Below the pieces are notes generated by a model that saw only the letters and a program-made list of their open reading frames with translations, made no database searches and was not told the DNA's origin. The translations under genes and the position numbers were made by a program. A stretch of DNA of 62,893 nucleotides, filler included, from Vannella sp. (taxonomy: Eukaryota), in the NCBI GenBank assembly GCA_023345925.1. It is 5 parts of 5 records of this genome, joined end to end, with 100 filler letters (N's around TTAATTAATTAA, not from the genome) between each part and the next. Parts side by side here need not be neighbours in the genome. Positions count along the whole stretch, not along the records: positions 1 to 10,132 come from JAJQQN010001039.1; positions 10,233 to 23,582 come from JAJQQN010000478.1; 3 more parts are not named here. The stretch is one strand, 5' to 3'. Below are positions 1 through 10,490 of this stretch, in pieces. The first letter of the stretch is position 1; each line of letters starts with the position of its first letter.

Positions 1-56
1 CGAAAGGTACTTCTGCTTCGAACACTCCCCTGAGCTCATCTCACAATTGCACTAGG

Positions 57-441
57 TGGATGGGAGATGAAGACGGAGGTGGATCGCTTCACGTTGTGCC
101 TGTACACTCTCAAGTGTGCTGATTTGGGACACTGTGCCAAAGCCTTGTACCTCCACAAAGAGTGGAGTCGTCGTGTGCTTGAAGAGTTTTTGAACCAGGG
201 TGATCATGAACTGGAGCTGGGGCTATCTATAAGTGATGGAATGGATCGCCGCACAGCAGAACTCGAGATGTCCCAATATCGCTTTATCAGCAGCGTAATC
301 CAGCCCCTTTACTCATTGTATGCCTCCCGCTTTCCTGCATGTAGTACATGTCTGGATCAGATCACGGAGAACGCGGCTTGGAACAAGAACGCTTCGGAAG
401 AGAGACAAAGAACGCTGTCATCTTCCTCTTCATCGCCATAG
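57..441 (+). CDS. 3',5'-cyclic nucleotide phosphodiesterase (class I), last exon; 5' part is outside the window
   Basis: LKCADLGH...W...EEF..QGD.E..LGL...Q..FI..VIQPLY matches the C-terminal half of the PDEase_I catalytic domain. Confidence 0.85.
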
Positions 442-489
442 GCTCCAGCCCCCATAATATAGGTGAATGCTTTTACTTGGGTGGACCGA

Positions 490-1785
490 TTACTCTTTGA
501 TCATGTCCGAGTCCTCCTCGTACTCCAAAGAGCGATTCTTTCGAGCTTCAGAGAGTGTGGCATCGCGATCCTGTCTCTTTCGCGCAACTTCATCGCGTTC
601 GGAGGACTTCGTGCTCTTGAGTTCCATCTTCTTCGTAGAGCGAACCTTCTTTTCTTCCCTCCTTCTCTTGACTCGGGCGGTGTTCTTGGTAGAGCGGGAG
701 TCAGCAAGCTTTTGTTGCTCCAGGTCCTTGTAAACATTAGTGCGCAGTTCGATATCTTCAACGTCCCATGTAACGTTAGTAGGCTTGGGAACGAAGAGCA
801 CCTTCTCCTTCAATTCCTCGCCAGGAGTTCGTTGGTAGGTGGGGAAAGGTGGAGCCTCCGTAAACTTCTTGTTTTTGGCGTCTGTCAGACGAACCCATCC
901 TTGTGCAGGGCCAGGAACAGCGCCTTTGATGTATACGAGGTTGTGGACTGAGTCAACCTTGTAGACAAGGAGGTTCTTGACGGTTGTGCGCTTTGCACCC
1001 ATGTGGCCAGCCATTTTTTTGCCTTTCCACACCTTACCAGGATCTTGGCATCCACCCATTCCTCCGTGGGAGCGGTGCGCCTTCGAATTACCGTGAGAGG
1101 CACTGCCTCCTTTGAAACCCCAGCGCTTCATCGGTCCCTGGAACCCTTTTCCCCTTCTGTTACCGGTATGTATGAGCAATGAGAGAACATGTAACAGAGG
1201 GACCACGTACGAGTTTGCGCATACGTCGACCAACTGACCAACAAGATAGTGATCCGCAGTCAACTCAGTACCAGGCGCGATGAGAGCATCAGGGGTTACT
1301 CGGAACTCTTGTAAGTGGCGTTTGGCTTGTGGAATCCCGTGCTTTTTCAGGTGCCCGAGGACAGGTTTGCTCTGATTCTTGGGGTGAATCCAACCAGAGG
1401 CCACTTGGATCGCGGTGTAGCCGTCAGTCTCCTCCGTCTTAACTTGAGCCACGTTGCATCCGGGGATCTGGAAAGAGGTGAGTGAAAGGGTCGGCAAAGC
1501 ACAATCTTAGGCCAAACTTACGAAGAGAACAGTAAGCGGGACAAAGTTCATCCAATCGTCAAACTCATGGATCATTCCCACCTTTTGGGCGAGAGTTCCC
1601 ACACGACGAGACTCCTGAGTCCATCCCGTGGTGGGATCGTTCTGGATGATCTCGGGAGGAGCTCCAGACACTTCCCAGTGCTCTGGTTCAAAGGAAAACA
1701 CCTCCTTTTCATTTAAACCAGGGAAGTTCCCGCGGGTTACCATCGCCTGAACCCGGCTTGAACACAGCAGGCTCCGTCTCAACAT
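490..1785 (-). CDS. MRPL3: Mitochondrial ribosomal protein uL3m, intron-containing
   Basis: KVGM...PLTVL, ETDGYTAIQV, GKGFQGPMKRWGF..G.ASHG.SKAHR, PGKVWKGKKMAGHMG, IKGAVPGP; Arg-rich N-terminal presequence; introns near 1470-1520 and 1157-1210. Confidence 0.93.
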
Positions 1786-1891
1786 CCGGGGTCAAAGGGA
1801 ATGAGCCAACACGACCAACGAATTAAATCGAGAAAAATACACGGAAGTCGGGGTTTGATTTTCGTCTCAAAGCTATTTTGATCATCTTTTG

Positions 1892-3962
1892 ATGGAGCCA
1901 GACCGTGCTGTTGATCAAGCCTCCGTGCCTCAATCCAAGAAGGTAAAGCAACCTGGGCAGAAGCACCAAGCGCAGACTGTAGCAGCTTTGCCGAATAGAG
2001 AGGCCAAAGCGCCTCACGGGCCAATTCCAGAAGGGATGAAGGTGCTGAGCGAGGGAAAGGCAAACGTTCTGTACGAAGCTGCGCAGCAGCGGCAGGTGTT
2101 CTACAATCCAGCGATGGAGACTAACCGAGATATTTCTATCGCCATGATTCACGTCTTCATCAAGCTGCTCGAGCAGGAAGAAAAGTCCAAGAAACAGCAG
2201 AGCCCACCCAAGGAAGACTATCTCAAGAGTGCAGTTGCCCTCGTTCGGCTTGGCTCTTTCCTGGCTCACAATCAAGGGTGTCGGGATAGATAATTCTCGC
2301 CGTGGGATCCGTATCCTCGAGGCTTTGAGTGCTACTGGACTTCGTTCGATCCGATACGCGAGAGAACTTCCTGCTGGTGCTGTCCATTCGATCGTTGCAA
2401 ACGATCTTGATGCGGCAGCTGTTGAAGCCATTCGAAGGAATGTCTCTTTCAACCTTCTTCCCACTGAGCTACCGAATGAAGGAAACATTGGGCCTGATCA
2501 GCCCCAAATCCAACCACCACCTGTCATCCCTAATCATGGCAATGCCAAGTAGGTGATTGATATCGAAGTGTAGTGTAGAATCCTCACAAAGAGTAGCCAC
2601 TGCATGCAGGACGCAACCTCATACCGATTCCAGGTCATCGATCTTGATCCTTATGGGACGCCCTCGATCTTCTTGAACGCTGCATTGCAGTCAGTCTCTG
2701 AGGGTGGACTCCTTTGTGTGACAGCAACGGATATGCCTGTACTTTGTGGAAAGTACCCGGAGACCTGCTTCGCAAAGTACGGAGCGACCAGCTTGAAGGG
2801 TGCCAACTGTCACGAAGTCGCACTTCGCGTCCTCCTAGGGTGTGTGGAGCGTCATGCTGTCCAGTTCAAGCGCATGATTGTCCCTTTAGTCAGCCTTTCA
2901 GTTGATTACTACGTTCGAGTGTTCGTTCGGGTGTACACCTCCGCTGCGGAGGTCAAGCGATCTGCCTCAAAGATGGGATACGTGGTACAGTGCAGCGACT
3001 GCTCCGCTCACCAAATCATGCCAATGATGAGGGAGGTTACTGGACCAGGGAAGAAGGGTGGAGTCTCAACGCGTTTCCGGATGGGCAGCTTACCGTCTCA
3101 ATCAACTTGCCAACACTGCCAGAATGCTAATATGCAGGTGGCTGGTCCTATGTGGATCGACCCTCTTTTCTGCCCCACTGCCCTCCAAATGCTCATGAAG
3201 CACCTTTCGGAAAACCGAGAGTCTTACAACTCCTTCAATCGACTTTACGGATTCCTGACTTGCATGTCAGAGGAGTTACAGATCCCCCTTGTCTATTCAG
3301 TGCCCCGACTTGCCAAGGTCCTCCACGTCACCACACCTCCCATTGTAAGCAAGAACTCACCTCTGAAACGAGAGGTGATGTAGCTGATATCCTTAGGCTG
3401 AGTTCAAGTCTGCGTTCCTTAATGCAGGATATCGGATCAGCAACTCCCACACCGACCCCACTGCCTTCAAAGTACGTTCCATGAGTGGAGTGCCAAAGCG
3501 TTGCCGTAACTAATGAGGGTAGACGGATGCTCCCAACGAGTTTGTGTGGGATGTGTACCGTGCATGGGTCCAGATCCACCCTATCAAGCCTCAGAGCGCC
3601 ACTTCCCCTGCAACGCGCCTTTTGGCAACACCCTCCAAGTGCGTTTGTCACAGAAAACCTCAGAGTCTCTGACCGGGAGTGCAAAGGCATCAGATTGACT
3701 TTAGCATCCCTCAGGGGAAGGAAAGCGAGATTGGATCCTCTCGTCAGAAGCGAAAGGCAGCAGGGAAGGACGACTTTGTCCCAACCTTTCTCCCTGCACC
3801 AACGGCTAACTGGGGACCGAAGGCACGCGCCACTGGGTTCAAAAGGTAAGGAGTTCCAGAGTTTCTCGAGTTCTGTCTCACCAAGAGGTCTGTCAAAGCA
3901 GAGGCGATCTCCCAGAAAAGGAGGAACCCGAAGTGGAAACCAAACGCCCCAAGACGGAGTGA
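1892..3962 (+). CDS. TRM1: tRNA (guanine26-N2,N2)-dimethyltransferase, multi-exon
   Basis: [50 protein letters not shown], CxxC pairs; the 3' end is inferred from spliced exons. Confidence 0.93.
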
Positions 3963-4019
3963 GTCACGCTAAAGACGAGGCCAAAAGGAAAACTTTGTTG
4001 GAAGTGACTCTCTTGTGGG

Positions 4020-5372
4020 CTAAGAGTGACGGGGTAACTTGGGAGCGCTGAGATCATCGTCATCGTTGGCGGGGACCGAGCGTTTCCCGCAAAGAAAGCG
4101 GATTGTCTCTTGATGGCTGGTAGCCAAAGTGGTGAGTAAGTTTTGGAAGGTCTCCATTTGGATCTTGTTGGACTGTTCCAGCCGGAGAGCTGTGTCCTGA
4201 AGATTAGAAGAGATGATCTGAAGGTTTGTTGTGTTCGAGGTGAGGATGCGATCAGTCACTTTCTCAAAAGCGTTGACTACGGTGGCTGTGGATTCTTCGG
4301 CACGCTTTGCAGTCATGGCAATGGTCTCGTGGAAGGAAGCCATCACCGAGTCAATGAGACCCCGATCGCTAGCTGGTGCGCCGGGAGGGGGTTTGGTAGC
4401 TTTTCTACTAGTTACCTCCGGATAAGAGGTATTTAGCTGCCGGGAGTCTGCTTCGTCGTCTGTTGATGAGTCTTGGGGCTCTGACCAAGTGCTCGAGTTG
4501 CCAAGGGGGATCGACGGTACTGTAGCAGGTCGAACCGCCCAACTCGTGGACTCAAGAGGTTCAGAGCGTGTTGAGAGAGGATAAGAGCTTTCCGAATGTT
4601 CTTCGTCTGAATCCTCCTCTGCCTCCTCCTCAGCAGCAATTCGAGCAGCGAGGGAGGGTTTGTTATCTCCCGTTGTGCGTCGACGAGTTATCAGACCTGA
4701 ATTAGGGGGAGGGGATAGCGTTGGTGTTGAAGGGGAGACAGTCTCAGGAGAAAGGGAAAGGGGAGTGAGATCACCCACAGAGGTGGTTCCACGCGCAGTC
4801 GGATCGTTCTTCGCTCGGCAGAGTTCCACCATGCTGCGGAAGTTCTCATAAACATGTTCAATGACCTGATTGTGTGCAATGTGAATGATCGAGTCGATGT
4901 CCATGCGAATCGGGGGACGTTGCTTGGCAGCCACTCTGGAAGCTGCCTTTCGGTTGGGATGGCGGAAGTCGACCTCCACTGTCTTGGATTCTGAGGAAGT
5001 GAGGAGACGGACAAACACTCTCCATTTCTCTGGGTTGGAAGGGCGAGTGGAGCCGATCCCGAGAACTACAACCGGAACTGAGTATCCCCAAACAATCACA
5101 ACCTGACCCACGCGCAGCGTCACAAGTGATTCACCACTTGACCCATCGACAGAGGCATAGTATGTGGTACTCTTGTGTGTGATGGGGCGGGGTACTAGAC
5201 CAGGTTCCATGGTGAGGGAGGAGAAGATACTGTTCTCCTCCTTCGTCGCGTTTGGTACCTGAACCCGGCTGGTTGGTTGGTAAGGAGGAGAAAGGCTGGG
5301 AGAGTGCGGCATTGCCTCCTCAGGAGGTGCAGCTAGAGAGAATGTGCTGTCCGTCTTCGCCAGTCCGTCCAA
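4020..5372 (-). CDS. Hypothetical protein (~430-450 aa), Ser/Pro/Thr-rich, with a C-terminal helical segment and a basic tail
   Basis: Long intronless ORF; no family recognised; start uncertain (first ATG near 5315). Confidence 0.55.
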   Translation of the reverse strand: MDGLAKTDSTFSLAAPPEEAMPHSPSLSPPYQPTSRVQVPNATKEENSIFSSLTMEPGLVPRPITHKSTTYYASVDGSSGESLVTLRVGQVVIVWGYSVPVVVLGIGSTRPSNPEKWRVFVRLLTSSESKTVEVDFRHPNRKAASRVAAKQRPPIRMDIDSIIHIAHNQVIEHVYENFRSMVELCRAKNDPTARGTTSVGDLTPLSLSPETVSPSTPTLSPPPNSGLITRRRTTGDNKPSLAARIAAEEEAEEDSDEEHSESSYPLSTRSEPLESTSWAVRPATVPSIPLGNSSTWSEPQDSSTDDEADSRQLNTSYPEVTSRKATKPPPGAPASDRGLIDSVMASFHETIAMTAKRAEESTATVVNAFEKVTDRILTSNTTNLQIISSNLQDTALRLEQSNKIQMETFQNLLTTLATSHQETIRFLCGKRSVPANDDDDLSAPKLPRHS

Positions 5373-5539
5373 GAATGATTTTCCCTTTCCTTCTGAAAAG
5401 TCGAATGAAGCTTCAGCCCCGCATCACTTCTATTGCAGAAGAAATTGTTTGAAGCAATGGAAAATTATTTTTTTTCTTTATCGTACAATGTTGTATTATA
5501 CAAGGCACAGGTCTCCCCACAAGGAGGAAGTTATGCCCG

Positions 5540-6379
5540 GGATCGTTCAAGCTCCGTGGAGCACTCAACTGTGTCACCTCTTTGTCTCCAGAAGAGAGGC
5601 GCAAGGGTGTCATTGCAGCGTCATCTGGCAATCACGGAATGGCCATCTCCCATGCTGCCCGCTGTGTTGGCGACACCCCTGTGACGATCTACGTCCCCAA
5701 CTGTGCCAGTCAGTTGAAGGTTGAGTCTATTCGCTCTATGGGTGGTACAGTGGTGATCGTAGAGTCCCCTAACTGCGTGGATGCCGAGACACAGGCCCGT
5801 GCTGCCGCAAAAGAGACTGGGCAAGCCTTTATCTCCCCCTACAACGACATCAGAGTGATCATGGGGCAAGGAACCATAGGCTTAGAGATCTATGAGCAAC
5901 TGGAGGGTCAAGAACTGGACGCCATCTTCGTTTCCGTGGGAGGTGGCGGTCTCATCTCCGGGGTTGGCCTTTATCTTAAGAGCATCTTACCCTCATGTGA
6001 GATAGTGGGTTGCCAACCTCTCAACTCCAATGTCATGCAGAGCCTCCAAGCAGGCCGCATTCTAACGGATGTGGAAGAGCTTCCCACTCTTTCCGACGGT
6101 ACAGCTGGTGGCATTGAGGATTCTATCACCTTTGGCATATGTCAGAACGTGGTAGATCGATTCGTTACGGTTTCGGAGGGGGAAATCGCAGCAGCAATGC
6201 TGTGGAGTCTCGAAAAGGAGAAAATGACAATCGAAGGAGCTGCGGCTGTTGTTATCGCCGCCCTTCAAAAAGACCTTGAGAGATATCAAGGGAAGACCGT
6301 TGCCTTGCTGCTGTGCGGTCGCAATGTCTCCGAAACTGTTCTCCAGAGTCTCCAAGAAAAAAGGGACCTCGCTCATTGA
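5540..6379 (+). CDS. PLP-dependent threonine/serine dehydratase (serine racemase-like); 5' end missing or degenerate
   Basis: The in-frame GSFKLRGA (PLP lysine) lies just upstream of the ORF call, followed by SSGNHG, PYND, GQGTIGLE, VGGGGLISG, EGAAA and LLCGRN; no in-frame ATG upstream of SFK. Confidence 0.8.
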   Translation, partial: GSFKLRGALNCVTSLSPEERRKGVIAASSGNHGMAISHAARCVGDTPVTIYVPNCASQLKVESIRSMGGTVVIVESPNCVDAETQARAAAKETGQAFISPYNDIRVIMGQGTIGLEIYEQLEGQELDAIFVSVGGGGLISGVGLYLKSILPSCEIVGCQPLNSNVMQSLQAGRILTDVEELPTLSDGTAGGIEDSITFGICQNVVDRFVTVSEGEIAAAMLWSLEKEKMTIEGAAAVVIAALQKDLERYQGKTVALLLCGRNVSETVLQSLQEKRDLAH

Positions 6380-6508
6380 GGATCCCCTTCTCCTCTCCCT
6401 TTCCACTGCACCTTATTTGTCGCCATCCATCTGCATCTTCTACTCGTTGAGATAAGTGATATACGTCTGCCTTCACGGGGAAAGTCAAGACTAAAACAGA
6501 AAAGATCC

Positions 6509-6560
6509 AATTCATTCACTGATTCATTCACTCATTCATTCACTGAGTCATTCATTCATT
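6509..6560. repeat. Imperfect (ATTC)n microsatellite between convergent genes
   Basis: ttcattcactgattcattcactcattcattcactgagtcattcattcatt. Confidence 0.7.
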
Positions 6561-6562
6561 TT

Positions 6563-9500
6563 TTAGAATCCTGTTTGCTTGAGCATGCGTTGGAGGCGCT
6601 CCTCCGTGGCCCGTTTGGCATCCTCTTTTTTCTTCTGTGCAGCAGACTTCTTCTCCTCCTGAGTGACTTGAGTGAAATCTCGCTCCACAGTTGCCAAACG
6701 CACACTCTACGACCAGCCCAATCATCAGTAGGTCAATGGAATTGGTGATCTGAATGAAAATACCTCCCCATAAACGTTCGAAATCGCAGCTTTTGAAGTG
6801 TGGGCTTCGAACTTGGACTCCCCAATGACATCTGACTTTTTTAAGATGAAGCCCTCTCTCGGAGGCACTTACCTGTGTTGGTATGAGAGTAAGTGACTCC
6901 ACTTTGTTGCAAGATTTCAGCTATTCTACTCTCCTCTGCATCACGCTGAGCAGTCACTCGCTCTGCCGCACTCAGGGTGCGAGTATCTTGATCCAAAAGT
7001 CTATCAATGTCACTCAGCTCTTTCTGCAACTCCTCTTCCGCTTGAAGCGGGTGAGTATCAATGGGCTTCCCATGAGAGAGTACTTACAGAGCTTTCTAAA
7101 CACAATTTCAGATGCCTCATGATCTTGACTGGGTCCTTGATTTTCGGTTCCAGAGTTCTGCTCTTCCAAGGAGCGTTTTGTCTCCTCCCACGTCTCTTCC
7201 AGTGTTTGACTTCGCCGAACAATGTTAGCTGTTGAGGCTGATTGTTTGAAAAGATTGGCGATGCCAAATAACTCCCCTTCTTCGCCCCGTACTCCCTGGA
7301 CACCTGTAAAGAGCCTCCTCTCCTGCTTGCCCTCCAAGCTGATGTTTTGCATTTGCTGCTTGTATAACTGGCGCTGATACTGAGCCTCTTCGACAGTTCC
7401 CACGCTCACAAAGCGGAATATCTTGCAGTCTTTCTTTTGGCCCATGCGGAAGGCACGGTCTTGAGCTTGAAGATCAATAGAAGCGTTCCAAGATGCTAAA
7501 AATGCTCAGTCAATCTTCAATAGAGCGAAGAGCAGGTTCGTACGGTCGAAAATGACTACAATGTTTGCTGCAGTAATGTTGAGCCCCAAAGCCCCTGCTC
7601 CTGTGGAGAGGAGCAAAATGAAGATGGAAGGGTCTGTGGAGAATTGGTCGATGATTTGCTGTCGCTTTTGCCCCACTTGGATGCTTCCATCATAGCGAAG
7701 ATACGAATGTCTCAGTCCCTCAAGCCATTCACCGAGAACGTCGAGCATTCGAGTCGACTTGGAGAATAGCAGAACTTTGCTCTGCTTTTCTTTCCATTCA
7801 GGGAGGAGCTTATGAAGAATCTGCAGTTTTCCACAGCTCTCCTGGCGACCTTTAGGACTCTGTCGATGAAAGAGATCATATTCCTCGCCCATCAATCGGC
7901 GAGCGAAGGCTTCATCCCTTCGAGAGACTTAGAATCTCATTCGGGCCATTCAACTACCCACTTGGCTTGTTTTTCTACGACTTGCTTTGGGTTCGGGAGT
8001 ATAAGGAAAGGGTGATTGGCTAGTTTCTGCAAAAGAGCCACAGAACCGAGAAGAAGGGTGCGAACTTCTACCCCCTTTGGAGCATGAGACTCCATCCATG
8101 TACCCATGAGAAGGCTATTTTCTTACTTCAGATGTCCATGCGCCATGACACTGGCCACTTTTGAGTCCAGAATTACAATGACAAGGACTGGAAAAGCGGA
8201 CCATTAACTGGAACTCCGGAAGCTCGAGAATGCGTTGGTAGAGTTGGCTCTGTGAGGGGGAAAGAGGGCAGAAAACTACCCTGTCAACTTTGGTTGGCAT
8301 CAAGTGGGCGATGAGAGTTTTGTCCCGCCGAAGAACAACAGTAGAGATCTTCGAAGAAAGCTGTAAAGATGCTCGACGGCCAAGAGCAATTTCGACCTCC
8401 GTTGCATCAATTCGCTGGCCAAACTGGATAGGATGAATAAAGCTATCCCTCCATCAGATTCATAGAACTTCCGAGACAATAAGACCCTACTGATTGCGCA
8501 TCTCCTCAATGGAGCCCAAAAGACCTGGATTTGCCCAATCAATGAGGTTCCAAAGTTCCTCCAGCTTGTTCTGCACCACGGTCCCCGTTAACCCGTATCT
8601 CCTCTTGCAAGCCATCCTTTTTGCTGCCTGAGATGTTTGGGAAGAAGGTGATTTAAGCCGATGGGCTGCCGCCAAGTCAGAATCTCACTTGGCACTGCCT
8701 CCACTTCCGTACCCTCATCAAAAAGAGCAGCTCTCCACTTGATGACATTCAGATCTTTGTGGTCTTTCCGATAAGTCTCATAGGATGTCAACATCACCTC
8801 CTATACGGTTTTAGGGAATCTCTCCCTTCCCCTTCCCGGTTCTCTCACCGCATGACCGGATATGATTCGGGTCTTTCTAGCAAGTTAGTCCAATGGTGAC
8901 TGTTAGGGCACCACTCACTCGCGCTCTGTTTCTCTCGTACGCATTCCCGTGGTACTGCACGACCGAGAATCCTCCAAAAGAAGCTCCCCACTTTTCCATC
9001 TCTGACACAGAGTTATTCTTACCAAAGGGACTCCTTCTGGCATACCGTTGACCCATTGCGTCATCACAGAGGCTGGGGTGACGACTAGAATACAAGGTTT
9101 CCTCCCAACAACCTCCTTCTTGGCCTTTTGTAGGACTGCTGACATGAATGCAATAGACTGCACGGTCTTCCCGAGACCCATGTCATCGGCCAGGATGCCC
9201 CCGCACTCCTTTGCGTAGAGCCCGTACAAGAAGTTCACTCCTTCCACTTGGTAGTCTCGGAGTAGGGAGCCAAGCCCCCCTGGTACAAGCCCGCCCTCTT
9301 TAAGACTCTATAAAAGACGCATTAGGCACGTAAGAGTCACTGGCAGCACCTACAAGGTCCTCTTTGGGTTCCTCATTTGGCTTGTGGCGCTTTCGAGCAG
9401 GAGAAGCAGAGGGCTCCAAGGGTAGAACAAGGCATTCCTCTGAAGGCGAAAGATCTCCGTCTGTGAAGCAAAGCTCCTTCCACTTGTCGTACGAGGAGAG

Positions 9501-9671
9501 TTGAGCATCGATATCTCCCTGATCCATCTCATCCGTTTCACTTCCCCCCGGTTGGTCGTCCCTTTGCTCTTCTAACTCACAGGGAGAAGTGTGATCAGCA
9601 CTCCCTTGGCTAAAGAGGCGCTCATAGCGCTCCGCAAAAGATACAATCTTCCTCCCCGAGTTGTCCGCCAT
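6563..9671 (-). CDS. ERCC6L2: SNF2-family helicase, ERCC6L2/RAD26-like, multi-exon
   Basis: GGILADDMGLGKT, DEAH, GLTGT..QN, LLLST.AG.LGLN, QAQDRAFRMGQ, RQLYKQQ...GVQG....GELFG..NLF, and spliced YSHTN.DVIGES (VIGSSK-like motif). Confidence 0.88.
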
Positions 9672-10132
9672 CCAACAAACACCAAAAAAAAAAAAAGAGG
9701 TGGCATCCTTACTTAACTAACCCCTGGTCAGTTAAACAATACAATCGGGCTTCGTGAAACTGAGAGAATTCATTCTCCATGGTCCTCCCATCCCACCCTC
9801 AACTCCACTCCACTTCCAAGGCCCTCTCCAAACCTCCTGCAGCCCCTTCAAAGACTGCTCTTTCTGTCCCCTTCACGGCCCCCTTTGTCATCAAATACAC
9901 CAAACGCTTGCAAGAATGCCTTCTCTTTGCATCCATTCAGGAATCATTCTGGAGCCACTCTCGGTGCCCCAACCCAAAACCCCCCTCATCCTTCTCAAAA
10001 AAAAAATAATAATTTTTTTTAGGGAAAACTTGGGTGAGACGCGCAATAGAACTTTATTCTTTAGCGGGGCTTTCGACTTTGGGGGGATTCATCCTGCCCC
10101 GTTCCATGAAGAAGTCTCGGAGAAGTTCCAAG

Positions 10133-10232
10133 NNNNNNNNNNNNNNNNNNNNNNNNNNNNNNNNNNNNNNNNNNNNTTAATTAATTAANNNNNNNNNNNN
10201 NNNNNNNNNNNNNNNNNNNNNNNNNNNNNNNN
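10133..10232. other. Artificial contig-joining spacer
   Basis: N run + TTAATTAATTAA (stops in all frames) + N run. Confidence 0.98.
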
Positions 10233-10254
10233 CCGATGTGTAGGGAAGATGCCC

Positions 10255-10372
10255 TCAAACATCCAAAAAGTGAAAAAATGAAATCAGTCCAAAAGCTTAT
10301 CCTGAAGAGATGGAGGTCATCAGGGCAAGCTACGCCAAACACGAGTTCTGCCCCCCACACCGGATTTTCTCC
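10255..10372 (-). repeat. Dispersed short element, copy 1
   Basis: Minus strand cagaactcgtgtttg...cctgatgacctccatctcttcaggataagcttttggactgatttcattttttcactttttgg aligns to 17456-17552(+) and 28811-28887(-). Confidence 0.75.
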
Positions 10373-10490
10373 AGTAATATTGGGATCATTATGGCGGTTC
10401 TCGTCAGACGGTCACCAGCCTTGATTCAACTTCATAAAATTATAAGAAGACATAAAGCGGAAGCGGAAAGGTCAAAATAAAGATTTTTAG

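Noticed and set aside
9754..10132. 144-aa ORF at the contig end
   Set aside because: Low-complexity, runs through poly-A/T tracts into Ns, and has no recognisable motif
10133..10232. Recurrent TTAATTAATTAA flanked by Ns (four times)
   Set aside because: Artificial contig linker, not a biological repeat
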